The notes under the pieces: generated by a model
Told to the model about the DNA's origin: nothing
What the model saw: the letters and a program-made list of their open reading frames with translations, nothing else
The model's database searches: none
Assembly (NCBI GenBank): GCA_047495785.1
Contig: JBLDXI010000024.1
Span: forward strand, 1,984,001-2,048,000
From: Lepidodermella squamata
Taxonomy: Eukaryota; Animalia; Gastrotricha
DNA: 64,000 bases
Direction: 5' to 3'
Shown: in pieces, positions 23,475-36,420 of the stretch
Position numbering within the stretch: position 1 is the stretch's first letter
Layout: the number at the start of each line of letters is the position of its first letter
Program-made: the position numbers and the translations under genes

Positions 23475-25865
23475 TTATGCTACTTCCGATGGCGGCTTTG
23501 AATTGAACTGGGACACGGTAGTAGTTGATAGCTCACTACGCTGCGTTAAAGCAAGCTGATAGCTATTTACAGACTCGGTTGTTGGCCATTTTCCAGACCA
23601 GATGGGGAAATAGGCGATCAAACCAGCCGATAAAGAAAACACTAAATTCCCAACAGCTAACACTGTCGCTTGATCATCAGAAGACAGCAGAATGAGAACA
23701 AAAGCGAACAATATCGCTAAAGCATTCGCCGAGTTCAGTTGTATCAACTTGCGTTCCATCAGAAGACTCGGCGATGGCAACCGGAGGTTTCGAATTTCAA
23801 ACGAAACGAAGCATGCGAGGAAAAGGATCAAGACATTTGCAGCGACAAAAGCAATTTCCCATGCGGTTTCGATATCTCCGATACAGGTGACAGTAGTCAC
23901 ATCAAAATACACATCTTCATCATCGTCAAAGTCAGGGGGAGACGTGTCGATCTTAAATCTAAAAGGCGAGTAGCTGATCCATATCAAGGCTAACAGAATG
24001 AAGAAACAACATAAGGTTATTGTTGCGATTCTGACAGATTTCAGGTTTAAACTCGACTTTAGACTTTTCGCCTTTTTGTTTTTCGCTATGTAATTACCAG
24101 AGGGCTTCGATGCTGAAGTTGTCTTATAACGCCGCGTTAAGTCCCGGAAGAATGCAGCTCGAAACATAATGACCACATTGATACTTGAGACTCCGATAAT
24201 CGTAAAGAAAGGTCGAATCTTGCAAATTGAATCGACCTCATATTTAGCTTCAATGACAAACAAAATTGCAGCTATGTTTGACGCAAGCCAACCAAAATTA
24301 ATGATAAGACTGAGGACCCATTCGAAGAGGACTCCGATATCTTCGCATTTGGGATTTTTCCACGCTCTGCTCAAAATGAAAAGTTGGAAAAGCGTTGCAA
24401 ACCCAGCGAGGCAAATTATGATGATGAAACCAGACAATGGATAGATATCTTTCCTATGTTGAACAGTTGACAAGTCTTTTGGCGCTTTCCTGTTCTTAGT
24501 GAACCAAAACGGAGGTTTCAACGGAATCAGCTCGTATGACGTTGAATTGAAAACGAGAGATGCATCGATATTTGTTCTCGATATTCTGAAAATCACCTCT
24601 TCCTTATCGAATGGTCTCTGAATGACCCAAAGCGGTTCACCATCGACCTCAAGGCGATTGGAGTAGCTAACTCTCCCGATACGGATTCCGGTGAAGTCAG
24701 TTTCCGATGCCGTTTGGTTAACAACATTTGATATTAGGTCTGGATATTTCTGGAAATCTCTAAGGGACATGTTGTGCATTGTCTTCAATGTAGGTTCTGT
24801 TTTGTTAAGCGCAACCACCAGTGCGGTCATGGCGTCGTGACACAAATGCGGTCTATCTGGGTCAGGATGCGAGCGATTGCGAATTTTGTCTGCGTAATTC
24901 CGCTCGAAATATTCTAGATCATAGCCCAATGATGTTGGCCCGTAGTTTCTCAGCGCGAAATTCGAAGGGCCTATCCAAAACACTATCTTCAATTGTTCTC
25001 TCAAGATCGCCCTTGAGCAGCCAGGAGGAATCGGAAGCGACGTGGTATCGGGGTCGAAGAATGACCTCACAAACATAACAAAGACGTAGCTAGGCATCCG
25101 GATGCCAACTTGATGAGCTAAGCAAAGTAATCGCAGCATAATTGGGGGAGAGTTTCCAACTGATATCACTATGTACCTCGCTCCACTGTTTTTCAACGAG
25201 ATCACAGTGTCTAGGGTGAAGTCAGTCTCGGCACTGTAGTGGAGAACCTGATAACCAGCTGCGACGACTTGCTCAAAGATCAGTCTGCCTTGAACGATGT
25301 TGTTCTCACTGTTCGCGTAGGTTAATATTCCGATTTGACGCCAGTTGCCGACAATTCTTCCAAAAGGCGCGATCGACATCTGGTAGCCTTCGCCCGGGGT
25401 TACTACTCTGTACAAGGTTGAGAACATTCGCCGATTAGCCACTAAAAAGGCACCGGCACAGGCTGGTGAAAAATGAGTATAGCCCATAGTTCGAGTTGCG
25501 AGAGCCACGTTCTGGCAGGCCGAAAGAGGGCCTAAAATAATTGGGCTCGGAAAACTAGTTGTCAAACCACGGTCGAAGGTTCGTGAGAACGCCATAAAAC
25601 TTCTTGGCGATGAACTAGACTCTCGTCCCTCGTCACGAATATCGAGATTTAGATGATAGTCAGGCAGGATATCGCTTCTCTTGTTGACATACTCAAGAAC
25701 GATCTGCGCAGCTGTAGAGCAAGCCGTGAAGTAATTTGGATCCCGTTCATCGAATGGCATGATTCCCAAAATCGTAAGGTTGATCTTTCTCGATGATTGC
25801 GCGATCGAAAGGGAGCATAGCCCAAGAAGCATTTGCAGTTTGAAGAACATTTTCAAGTCCAACAT
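23475..25865 (-). CDS. Class C GPCR, GABA-B-receptor-like (Venus flytrap + 7TM), intronless, copy 1
   Basis: Signal peptide; ACSTAAQIVLEYVNKRSDILPDYHLNL resembles the GABA-B/ANF-receptor VFT start; CHDAMTAL; seven hydrophobic segments with no Cys-rich linker domain. Confidence 0.85.
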   Translation of the reverse strand: MLDLKMFFKLQMLLGLCSLSIAQSSRKINLTILGIMPFDERDPNYFTACSTAAQIVLEYVNKRSDILPDYHLNLDIRDEGRESSSSPRSFMAFSRTFDRGLTTSFPSPIILGPLSACQNVALATRTMGYTHFSPACAGAFLVANRRMFSTLYRVVTPGEGYQMSIAPFGRIVGNWRQIGILTYANSENNIVQGRLIFEQVVAAGYQVLHYSAETDFTLDTVISLKNSGARYIVISVGNSPPIMLRLLCLAHQVGIRMPSYVFVMFVRSFFDPDTTSLPIPPGCSRAILREQLKIVFWIGPSNFALRNYGPTSLGYDLEYFERNYADKIRNRSHPDPDRPHLCHDAMTALVVALNKTEPTLKTMHNMSLRDFQKYPDLISNVVNQTASETDFTGIRIGRVSYSNRLEVDGEPLWVIQRPFDKEEVIFRISRTNIDASLVFNSTSYELIPLKPPFWFTKNRKAPKDLSTVQHRKDIYPLSGFIIIICLAGFATLFQLFILSRAWKNPKCEDIGVLFEWVLSLIINFGWLASNIAAILFVIEAKYEVDSICKIRPFFTIIGVSSINVVIMFRAAFFRDLTRRYKTTSASKPSGNYIAKNKKAKSLKSSLNLKSVRIATITLCCFFILLALIWISYSPFRFKIDTSPPDFDDDEDVYFDVTTVTCIGDIETAWEIAFVAANVLILFLACFVSFEIRNLRLPSPSLLMERKLIQLNSANALAILFAFVLILLSSDDQATVLAVGNLVFSLSAGLIAYFPIWSGKWPTTESVNSYQLALTQRSELSTTTVSQFNSKPPSEVA

Positions 25866-25965
25866 TTTTGAAGAAACAGATTCAAGTGATTAATCAACTT
25901 TTGCATTAAATAATCAAGACATGTTCTCCTCTGACCTTGTAACCAGGACGTAAGTGCGTTTATTT

Positions 25966-26480
25966 TCTCAAATTTCTGGTGAATTTGAGTACTTGGCTTG
26001 TGTAAGAGTCATTTCAGCGGCAGTGCAATATTAGGTGTACATGTGGCGGGTAAGTCCTCACGGTTCCGGAATGTTTTGTCAGCTAGCTATCCAACTCATC
26101 CCTCCACGTGTATGTCCAATATCGAATTACGGAATACGTAGGCCTCGAAAAACTTCGCCTTAAAAGCTGCTGTATCATGCCTCATCCTGTTTTGTCGACA
26201 CACTGACGTTGTGAATTCCGGACATTTTCGAACAGAGAAGTACCAACCGTGGGCGTAGAATTTTCGTATCGCAATCGCTCGATCCAACTTCGAAAATAGA
26301 GAGAGACCTGCGACAAGGTTGTCCCCTGCTGTCCCCGCTGCTCCTAAGTGCAACATTCGACACAACATGTGGGGATATTTTTCGCCGCAGTTTTTCTTGA
26401 GGTGCGTTTTTCAACATGCCCGAACTTTGATTGTTCTCGACTGTGATCAAGTTTTCGGGCATCCACGCAACAAAATAATA
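25966..26480 (-). pseudogene. Decayed 3' fragment of the GT32 gene
   Basis: Frameshifted matches to the 43463-44653 C-terminus: 'EVGSSDCDTKILRPRLV' vs 'EIGSRLIYDLKMLRPGLV', 'KAKFFEAYV' vs 'KAKFSEAYV'; DNA similarity continues to the stop. Boundaries approximate. Confidence 0.75.
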
Positions 26481-26934
26481 ACAATCAACTAATTTTCCGG
26501 TTCATGCCCGAGGTCGAGTGGGGGGCAGCTAAGACAAATCACCCTCCGACTCGACGAGATTTAAGCCTCGACAAAACGTGACATGGTTGTAATTAATTTA
26601 CGACTGCGCCATGCGACTCTCATTAATTTATGACTACGTGTCTTGAGGTCATTTTTTAGCAAAAAACACCGAAAGGCTTGTTTTAGTTTCTTCGATTTAT
26701 TTAGTGATAAATCAACGGGTAAATCGAATTTAAAAAATCGATGAATTTGGTAAAATTTAGGGAAATTTAGTGAGTTTTAGGTGTTTTCCGACGATTATTT
26801 TGAATCCAGACTTGTCCATAACTTCAATTTCCATAATTTCTAATTTTTCAAATTTAAGAAGGGTTTGAAAAGCTTCACAATTTCGATTGTGTCATCTGTT
26901 GTTAGCAACTGTAATTAAGTTCGGGCTGACCATG

Positions 26935-29238
26935 GGTGTGTTCAAAAAGTCTCAGAGCTTCAGAACGCTGTTCTTTCAGAATTACACGTGGTAGGACATA
27001 AGGGCGCAGACATAAGCGCGCAGACATAAGGGCGCCGACTTTAGAGCGGAAGACAAAAGGGCGCCGGACAAAAAGGCGCGAGGGCATAAGGGCGCTAAAT
27101 CAAGACAAAAGGGCGCCGAGACAAAAGGGCGCCTGGACAAAAGGGCGCCTGGACAAAAGGGCGCCTGGACAAAAGGGCGCAGGACATAAGGGCGCCAGAT
27201 AAAATTACCAATTACTTTTAGTAGTAGTTTATTTAAAAATCAATGTTCCGTCCAATACTAAGTATCAGATTGCCTAAAGACACGGGTATTTACATTTAAC
27301 AATTATTTGTTGTACAGGTGGTTATTAATTATTTTGCATGAGTCCTTAATTACTGAGATGACAATGTCAGGTAGGATTGACTGGGGCAGGTTGAACTTTT
27401 TGATGAATTCAGTTCACTTATTTGTCATTTTTTGTTATACTCATTATAGATTTGTTCATGAAAATTGAAAATACCTAGTAACACAGTTATAAAACTTGAT
27501 AATAATGCTGCAATCGGAAATTGATGCGACTGTGAGTTTTATAAGATTTTATAAGATTTCCGAAGGCAAAATAAGCAAAATAAGTTATGATAAAACCTAA
27601 AATCTATACGTGATCGAGATTTATTATCATGCGAGAGAAGCATGCCATTTTCAATCAATGACCGAATAAATTAAATCATTTAGCACAAAGTCATTCGAAT
27701 CGAAAATTAATTATCTAGCACATGCCAAATGGCGTCTAAATAAGGGAATAGGTTTTCAAAGTCAAACAGATTATCTTTTAATGGGACTAGGGCTCTCAGG
27801 CGCTCGTCTATCAGCCGGTAAATCGACCTGGGGATGAACCTGGTTCGCGAAGGGGTTATATTTGCCAACACTCCGCATTTTAAAACAATTAGTTTCCTCT
27901 AAAAGCGTCGCAAAGCCATCGTTTTAAAAAATAATAACTAATAGGCCTTCGTTATACATAAAAATCAGGCGCCCTTTTGTCCCGGCGCCCTTTTGTCCAG
28001 GCGCCCTTTTGTCTCAGCGCCCTTTTGTCCCGGCGCCCTTTTGTCTGCGCTCTTCGGTCTTTCGCCCTTATGTCCGGCGCCCTTATGTCTTTCGCGCTTT
28101 TATCCGCGCCCTTATGTCATGGTACCGAATTACACGATGATTGCGTTTTTTAATGTTCAGAGCGATTTTTCGCATTGTTTAGTTTCAGAGGAAAGGGACA
28201 CAGATGCTCTTGATTACGCTTTCAGGCGATTTTTCAATGCTCAGAACGTTCAGTAAGGGACAAGCATTGTTCGAAGTTTCAGGCTGCTCGAGCAGTCTGA
28301 AACTTTCCCTGATTACTCACGTGCGTCATGATTAGTCACAATGGTTCGATATGAATTTTATTTTTATCAATTTTTTGACGGCAAAGCGTTTATATGTCTG
28401 CAAAGTGGGAAAATTATGCGGAAACCTTGCGGAACACCTTGGAACGCCTCTACGGCACATTTCTACTTCACAGCTCTTAAAAATTCATCAATTTGAAGTT
28501 GGAATAAATGAATTTTTTTAATAAATCAATGCAAAAAAATAGCACATGAAATGCCGAATGGTACCACTTCTTCCTTTCCCCTTTTTCAGGAAAACACATA
28601 AGGCTCAGGTCAATTTTTAATTTTTCTTTTCCAAAAATTGAAAATTAAATTAAAAATTGAAATTAAAAATTTTGGGCGGCATCACACATTTTCAATTTCA
28701 CAACTGCTAATTTTCGAAGCCTTCCCAATACATTTACTTTTATCGGGAGGGTTATAGCTGCAGCTTTCAATTAAAAATCAAGAGTTATTTGATGAACAAT
28801 TCTCAAAAATTCATTCAGATTGAGACTGATTCCAAACTTTCTCGCAGCATGTATCATTTATGCTGATAAAATCGCGGCGACACTGTGGAGGTCTAGATTC
28901 TAGATTGTTCTCTATCGTCGTAAACCGAAAAAACGGTTTGAAAATCACTCGACAATCCGATAGGTCGCTTTGACTTGCCTTTTGGAGGGAAATTATTACC
29001 AAAATGTTCCCAAAAAATCAAAATTGAAGAGAGACTGTTGGGCGCAAATTCCTAACAATTTTCCCAAAATTTATTGCAATATTTAAAAAATTTCCCGAGG
29101 TGAATAAGCTTTCCGCGTTAGACTGCGATAAAAAGAAATAAAAGTCAAAGTTTCGTTGAAACACTATTGCGCAATGAGAGAACAATGCCTGTAATTAAGA
29201 ATGCGCATTCAGTGGCGCTGAGACTTTTTGAACACACC
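26935..29238. mobile_element. Non-autonomous DNA transposon with TIRs GGTGTGTTCAAAAAGTCTCAG, flanked by CATG
   Basis: catg|ggtgtgttcaaaaagtctcag at 26931 and ctgagactttttgaacacacc|catg ending at 29242; no transposase ORF. Confidence 0.75.
26989..28126. mobile_element. Foldback/Mutator-like MITE with inverted subterminal 15-16-nt tandem repeats, nested in the previous element
   Basis: (ggacaaaagggcgcct)n at about 26995-27200 and (ggcgcccttttgtcc)n at about 27968-28119; direct repeat gaattacacg at 26979-26988 and 28127-28136 (TSD). Confidence 0.85.
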
Positions 29239-32005
29239 CATGGGCATGTTGAAAAACGCACTTTTCGTCGCATTTACACGAGCTACTTCGTAATTATCGA
29301 TGTTAATTACTTATGCTGTTGCGTCATCATTTTTACTAAACCTCAAGCGAGCGCTGCTTTTATTTTTGTGTGCATTTTTAATGGGCCCTGTAACGTAGTC
29401 ACTGCAAGGCGGTTTAAAACTCAAATTTAGCGGTATCAGGTAATAGCAATTTCCTGATCACATCCTTGCCTGGCTGGCACGTGATCCATAAAATTCCCTG
29501 ATAAAGGCTCCAAATATTTCCACCACTAAAAATGAGGTTCCAGCACTAAATGTTTCTGGCACTAAATTTTTCAGATTTTTTGCGATTTCGGCGTTTTCGG
29601 TTTTTGATCGATACTGATGCCCTCCCTGATCCTATAGGATATTTATTTCAGCTACGTGATACGTGATACGTGAAAGACGGCTGATATCGGGAAAATCACT
29701 GATTTTTTAAATCAAATCGATACTTGGAATCGATATCGGCTCTATAGGTTGAAGTATAATTCGTAAACTGACCGCTCATAGTGCGAAATACATGTAACGT
29801 AAAGGCAAGATTCTAGTGAAGACTAGAAATTCGAGAAACCATATTTAAGAGAAATCTAGTGCTGGAGTCTCAAATTTAGGGTGTGCATTTGGCACACCCA
29901 AATATAAGAGATCGATTTCGCAATTATAAAAATTCTTAAATTTTGCGAAAATCCTCCTTAAATGAATTATGCAACGAATCGCATCACTGCGACAGTTTCA
30001 AACCACCCTGTATTATGTATTGTAGCTCTATAAAATACCTGGAAAATTCAGAAATAAAAAATATCGATTTGTTTGAGGTATTTCTCATGAATGATTGATT
30101 TTTCGAGGTCATTATTGTAGTACAAGCAGCCCAATTTTATTAAAGTTTGGTCTAATAATTTTGCCTAAAATATGACAACATCACACCTCAATTTCATCAA
30201 TTTTGATGCGCAATCTAAAATTGTCAAATTACGATTTTAAATTTCAATTTTCGAATTTTTTCATTAATTTTCCTCGGGAAAAATTGTCAAAAATTCGAAC
30301 AATTTTCACAGCAAATTTCAAGCAAGGTTCTAGGTACGCATAGACCTCAATCGCGCTAATTTTGAGGTATTTCTTCTCGAGCAGACTCGCTTCTTTGGTA
30401 AATATTTTAAATTTGAATTAAAATTAATTAAACCACGCATTCAGTCTTACTTGAAAAATGATTGCGCAACAGTGAAAATAATTAACTTGGATAATTACGG
30501 GTAGTCTAGTGTAAATGCGACGTGTGGCAGATTATTGTGTTAACTGACATAACAGAATGTCACGTTTGTCAAGCGAAAGTTTTTCACAATTTGCTCTTTT
30601 TCACGTTGAAACTTTAAAGCAACGTTTTTATATCGTTCGACTCGCTGTTCATTACATGCGGCTAATGTCAAACTTTCACGGTGTCAAAAATCGAACTGTT
30701 GCCAAACCATTTCTGCGAGAGATCGCGATAAAGATGATTGAGGAGCGATTCAAAAATTGTATAATGTGAACATTTCTTAATGCGCGTTTCCGCGACGTGA
30801 ACGTTCTTCAGTCTTCAGGATCAAAACTCGCGTAAATCAAGCGAATTTAAACGACCAGAGCAGCGTTTTCTGTGCTGACCCCTGATCATCCCGAACGAAA
30901 ATTTTTAAAGAACTGTTTTTGTTTCTCCGAGTTTATTCTAGTTTGATCGCGTTTTTGCTGAATTTAGCTGGGATATTTGATGAAAAGTCGAAGCTGAAAT
31001 ATCCCGATTTATGTAGCAACGTTTCCATCCATTCATATATTAACGAGTTTTCCTGTGGTTTAATTGGAAAGTGTGAAAAACCCGAAATAATCGACGCAAT
31101 TTATTAGAGTGTTTTCGACAGTGGTGGATCTTTTTGATCACATTTCAACCTTGCGCTTAAATAGGGGTTTTTACGAGCGAAATAGGCTGAGAGATTTTTA
31201 GGGTTTTCGCAATAAGCTGACAAAGCGGAAAACTTCAAATTTATTCAAACGTGCGATCGAGTATTTATCGCGGGTTTTTCATGATTTTGTGTCGAGTTGA
31301 GTCACCATTGTTACGTCACGGTAAATCTGAACTAGTTTCAAATGAACAAACACTCATTTCGCAATTTTTCAATCTTATTATTAGTACTTACAATTTGCAG
31401 TAGTAATACTTAACAAATTTTTCAATTCTTCGATCGAGCAATCAATAGAGCATTAAGAGATGTTTCAATTCAATAGAGCATACTTTTCCAGTCATAGATT
31501 GAACTGCTGCTACTTTGAGCTCCTTATTTTTCTCTAAATTTCATTTCTTAGCCAAAAATGGCGGCAAGCTGCCAAGAATAATCTAATAGGTATTTTTACC
31601 TTACAACTTATAGGTACCTGAGCAAAAATTTGATTCAGTCTTTTTTTATGTGCCCCATAAAACCATCTTTTAATTTCAAAAACCTATTTTCTCTTGATAA
31701 TCAGCTGAATTGATTTTTTCAAGTTTTCGATTTTTTTTAATTCTAGAATTGTGTTAAGTGATGAGGCTGAACGGGCGTTTGCAACGATGTAGCGAAAAAT
31801 TACTGCCGATATTCAGCCATGCTTGGTTTTTACTCCTAAATGAAATTAATTACAGACTTGGTTACGACAATACGAATTCATTAAAAATATTTTAATATGA
31901 AAGAATGTTCCGCGATTTTTGTTGTCATTTCATCTGTGTGAAGTTAGCATGAATTATTGTTTATGTATTAAAAATCGAAGTGCCTTATTATTGTACTCAT
32001 TCAAA

Positions 32006-32168
32006 CTCGAATTATTGCGGAAAATATCTGAAATATTCCTGTCATCCACGACTCCAACTCTAATTCGACCGAATAGCCGCCATTTCACACATGGCGACTG
32101 CTCGATCGGATTAGAGTTGGAGTCGTGGATGACAGGAATATTTCAGATATTTTCCGCAATAAATCGAG
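32006..32168. repeat. Long hairpin / palindromic MITE-like element
   Basis: About 58-bp near-perfect arms (ttattgcggaaaatatctgaaatattcctgtcatccacgactccaactctaat and its reverse complement) with an imperfectly paired inner region. Confidence 0.8.
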
Positions 32169-33499
32169 GTATTTCAGAGCTGCATTTTTTCAATAAACCA
32201 GGGTTTATTAGGCATTTGGGTCTCCGACTGTTTTCAGAGTTTACCGGGAAATTTCAAATTAACGTTTGATAAACTCGGAATGAAAATTAGTTATAAAACA
32301 TCAAAATAACCCGGAGAATTTTCGTTCGGGTATGAGGTAATTTCGTCTAGTGTTACTGCGGAAATATGATGCATTTCGATGCGAGTCGATGGGCCGTTGC
32401 TGGTTGACAACTTGACCTGAGAGTTCGTGTCAAAACTGCCCCCGATTTCCGATGAGCTGAAACATCAGATTACATCGGGTTGACGCAGATCTTTGAAAAG
32501 AAGTTCGATTCGTGTTTTTGTGGGAGGCGAATTGAGAATTGAGCATGTTTCAACTTTCAAGTCAAGCATTTATTCAGGAACACGCTATTGATCAAATGCG
32601 CAGCAAAGACCAAAGACTAAACTATAAAAAAATACGGTCGTGATTGCCCTGGATATGTACCCTCTCTCATTAAATGTTATTTAAATCTTATTAAATACTG
32701 AATACATACTTACGTGATCCCGCGAGTGCCAGTCCTTCGAATATCAGTCTGAGAAGTTGACCTGGAAGCCGCAGATCTACCACATGCTCAATCGCTACTC
32801 AATCGTACCATACCTTTAGAACCTTTCGATAAAAGCGAACACCTTTCAAAAGTCTTGAAGTCGGGCGTATTCCCGATTATTGCGATGTATGTACGATACT
32901 CCCGAAAAGTAGTGAAAATTGCGTTTTTCTCATAAAACTGTACATTTTAGTAAATTGTTAGCCAGGTGAATGTGAATCAGCCGAAAGATATTCTCATTGT
33001 TTCAGGTCAACTTTGAGCGATGTCTTCTCCAAGTTCGCTCCCTACAAGTATCAAAAATCAAAACTTTGGCTAACATGGCTAAAATAGCGATGTTTCACCA
33101 GGCCTGGTTTAATACGGTGCTTCAGTCTAATTTAAGCGGCAGGATATCTTCTCAAGAATTAACGTCATGCCGGGCAGTAAGTTGAATTTCGGTATATTTC
33201 TAAGCCTTTTCTAGAGCCTTTTACTTTAGAGCTTTAGAGGACAATGCGAAGCTAATTTTCATTCCACTCCTGAATGACGCATTCATCCATCTATTTGGAC
33301 TTCCTAATTATAGCTTTTAGGCGGCTAAATACATCATAGAACTCATGTGTTTTACTAGTAATTATGACGTAGACGAACGAAATCAAATGCAAAACTGTGG
33401 GTAAAATATGTGTCTAATAAAAGTCGAATAAAAGGATCATGTAGACGAAATACCAATTACGTAATATTATTATCGGCAATGTTATGTAATCTTGTGATG

Positions 33500-35878
33500 C
33501 TATGCGATCTCGGTAGGCGGTTTAGAATTGATCCGAGTCAAATTCGTATTCAAATCAGCACGCTGAATGAAAGCAAGCTGAATGCTATTTCTAGACTCGG
33601 GCCATTTTCCGGACCAGACCGGGAAATACGCTATCAAACAAGCTGATGTAGAGAATACTAAATTCGCAACAGCCAATACGGTCGCTTGATCATCAGAAGA
33701 TTGCTGATTCAGAAGAATAAGCACGAATGCAAATAACATCGCCAATGCATTGGCCGAATTCAACTGTATAAGCTGGCGTTCCATCAAAAGACTCGGAGAT
33801 GGCAACCGAAGGGTTCGCATTTCAAAGGATACGAAGCATGCGAGGAAAAGGATCAAGACATTTGCAGCGACCAAAGCGATTTCCCATGCTGTTTCGATAT
33901 CTCCAATACAGGTGACAGTAGTCACGTCAAAATACACATCTTCGTCATCGTCAAAGTCAGGCAGAGATATTTCGGTCCTAAATTGATAAGGCGAATAGCC
34001 GACCCAAAACAAGCCTAACACAATGAAGAAACAAAACAACGCGGTTATTATGATTCTGACAGATTTCAGGTTCAAACTCGGCTTGATTGGTATTCTCAAT
34101 TGATTGGTTAGCGCTATGCTAGTCCTAGAAGGTTTCGAAACTAATGTCCTCTTTAATTGTCGCATTAAGACCCGGAAGAATGTAGCTCGAAACAAAATGA
34201 CAACGTTGATACTTGAGATTCCGATAATCGTGAAGAGAGGCCGAATCTTGCAAATCGCATCAACCTCAAATTTGGCCTCCGTGACAAACAACGTAACAGC
34301 TATGTTTGACGCAAGCCAACCAAAATTCATTAAGAGAGTAAAAACCAACTCGAAGAGGAGAGCGAAGTCTTTAACGTTTTGATTTTTCCACGCTCTGCTC
34401 AGAATGAAAAGTTGGAAAATCGTTGTAAACCCAGCGAGGCAAATTATTATGATGAAACCTGACATTGGATAGATGTCTTTCCTATGCTGCACTGTCGACA
34501 AGTCTTTGGGCGCTTTCTTGGTCTTTGTAAACCAAAACGGAGGTTTTACTGATATCAGTTCGTATGACGTTGAATTGAAAACCAAAGAAGCATCGGTAGT
34601 TGTTCTCGATATTCTAAATATCACCTCTTCCTTATCAAAAGCTTTCTGAGTGATCCAAAGCGGTTCACCATCGACCTCAAAACGGTTGGAGTAACTCACT
34701 CTCCCGATACGGATGCCATTAAAGTCAGTTTCCGAAGCAGTTTGATTAACGATTCTTAAGAACAAGTCTGGATTGCTCTGGAAATCCCTTAAAGACATGT
34801 TATGGAATCTTTTCAAAGTGGATTCTGTTTTGTTTAGCGCGATCAATAGTGCGGTCATGGCGTCGTGACACAAGTGCGGCCTATCAGGGTCAGGATGCGA
34901 GCGATTGCGCATTTTTGCCGAGTATTCTCGCTCGAAATATTCCAGATCGTAGCCCAATGATGTTGGCCCGTAGTTTCTCAGCGCGAAATTCGAAGGGCCT
35001 ATCCAAAACACGATTTTCAGTTGTTCTCTCAAGATCGCTCTTGAGCAGCCGGTGGGAATTGGAAGCGCAGTGGTATCCGGGTCGAAGAATGATCGAACGA
35101 AGATTACGAAAACGTAACTAGGCATCCGGATGCCAACTTGATATGCCAAGCAAAGTAATCGTATCATGATTGCTGGAGAATTTCCGACCGATATCACTAT
35201 GTACCTCGCTCCACTGTTTTTCAACGCGATTACAGTGTCTAGGGTGAATTCAGTCTCGGCGCTGTAGTGGAGAACCTGATAACCAGCTGCGACGACCTGC
35301 TCGAAGATCTGCTTACCAAGAATGACATTGTTTTCGTTGTTAGCGTAGGTTAAAATGCCAATTTGACTCCAGTTGCCTACAATTTTCCCAAATGGTGCGA
35401 TCGACATCTGGTAGCCTTCGCCCGGGGTTACTACTCTGTACAAAGTTGAGAACATTCGCCGATTAGCCACTAAATAGGCACCGGCACAAGCTGGTGAAAA
35501 ATGAGTAAAACCCATAGTTCGAGTTACCAGGGCCACATTCTGACAAATCGAAAGTGGCCCAAACACGATTGGGCTCGGGAAATTAGTTGTCACGCTGCGG
35601 TCGAAGGTTCTTGCGAAAGCCATGAAACTTCTTGGCGACATTACAGAATCCTTTCCTTCGTCGCGAATTTCGAGATTTAAATGATAGTCAGGAAGGATCT
35701 CACTTCTCTTGTTGACATACTCAAGCACGATTTGCGCAGCTGTAGAACAGGCTGTGAAATAGTTCGCATCCCGTTCATCAAATGGCATGATTCCCAAAAT
35801 CGTGAGGTTAAACTTTCTCGACGATTGTGTCATCGAAAGAGAGCATAGCGCAAGAAGCATGAGCAGTTTGAAAAGCAT
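33500..35878 (-). CDS. Class C GPCR, GABA-B-receptor-like, intronless, copy 2
   Basis: Full-length paralogue of 23475-25865. ATG is at 35878; the ORF track starts at an upstream GTG. Confidence 0.85.
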   Translation of the reverse strand: MLFKLLMLLALCSLSMTQSSRKFNLTILGIMPFDERDANYFTACSTAAQIVLEYVNKRSEILPDYHLNLEIRDEGKDSVMSPRSFMAFARTFDRSVTTNFPSPIVFGPLSICQNVALVTRTMGFTHFSPACAGAYLVANRRMFSTLYRVVTPGEGYQMSIAPFGKIVGNWSQIGILTYANNENNVILGKQIFEQVVAAGYQVLHYSAETEFTLDTVIALKNSGARYIVISVGNSPAIMIRLLCLAYQVGIRMPSYVFVIFVRSFFDPDTTALPIPTGCSRAILREQLKIVFWIGPSNFALRNYGPTSLGYDLEYFEREYSAKMRNRSHPDPDRPHLCHDAMTALLIALNKTESTLKRFHNMSLRDFQSNPDLFLRIVNQTASETDFNGIRIGRVSYSNRFEVDGEPLWITQKAFDKEEVIFRISRTTTDASLVFNSTSYELISVKPPFWFTKTKKAPKDLSTVQHRKDIYPMSGFIIIICLAGFTTIFQLFILSRAWKNQNVKDFALLFELVFTLLMNFGWLASNIAVTLFVTEAKFEVDAICKIRPLFTIIGISSINVVILFRATFFRVLMRQLKRTLVSKPSRTSIALTNQLRIPIKPSLNLKSVRIIITALFCFFIVLGLFWVGYSPYQFRTEISLPDFDDDEDVYFDVTTVTCIGDIETAWEIALVAANVLILFLACFVSFEMRTLRLPSPSLLMERQLIQLNSANALAMLFAFVLILLNQQSSDDQATVLAVANLVFSTSACLIAYFPVWSGKWPESRNSIQLAFIQRADLNTNLTRINSKPPTEIA

Positions 35879-36158
35879 TTTCACTTCGTTTCAAGAAAAT
35901 GATATATTGAATGACAATATTTCTTATTAAATGACCTAAATATGCTCGTCTCTGTTCATAAATGATAAGAACTGTCCTAAATGAGACAGTCTGCAAGAAA
36001 GGCAATAAACGTTTTTCGATTTGTCTTAAAACATACCTGGACGAAACGATTTCACGAATGTGTATCACTGTATCATTTTATTCTAGGTTTTATTGCTCTT
36101 CTTGCGTACGGTCTCAAATGTCGGATTCAACTTCTGAATTATAAAACACTTTTATTAC

Positions 36159-36420
36159 TCAAATTTCTGGCAGATAGGTATGAATACTGAGCCTATGTAA
36201 GGGGAGTGCAATATCAGATTTTAAGCTGGCACGTAAGTATTCCCGTTTCCGAATAGCCTTGTTCAGATTGCTATCCCACTCATCTCTCCACCTGTTTGCC
36301 TGGTATCGAATTACGTAGGCCTCAAAAACTTTCGCCTCTGTTATCCTGTTTTGACGACCGCCACGCACATACTGACGACCGAGGGGCGGGAAAATCTGAC
36401 GGCTTTGACAGGTAGACTAA
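36159..36420 (-). pseudogene. Truncated 3' remnant of the GT32 gene
   Basis: EAYVIRYQANRWRDEWDSNLNKAIRKREYL...DIALP...YLPEI closely matches the C-terminus of 43463-44653; the 5' part is missing. Confidence 0.8.

Noticed and set aside
26995-28119. Regular 15-16-nt repeats that might suggest a CRISPR array
   Set aside because: No unique spacers, inverted arrangement with a TSD, and eukaryotic context: transposon subterminal repeats.
29521-30012. Imperfect inverted repeat (29521-29883) and a solo mariner-like end (aaaccaccctg|ta)
   Set aside because: Probably TE debris, but no matching partner TIR or TSD could be defined.
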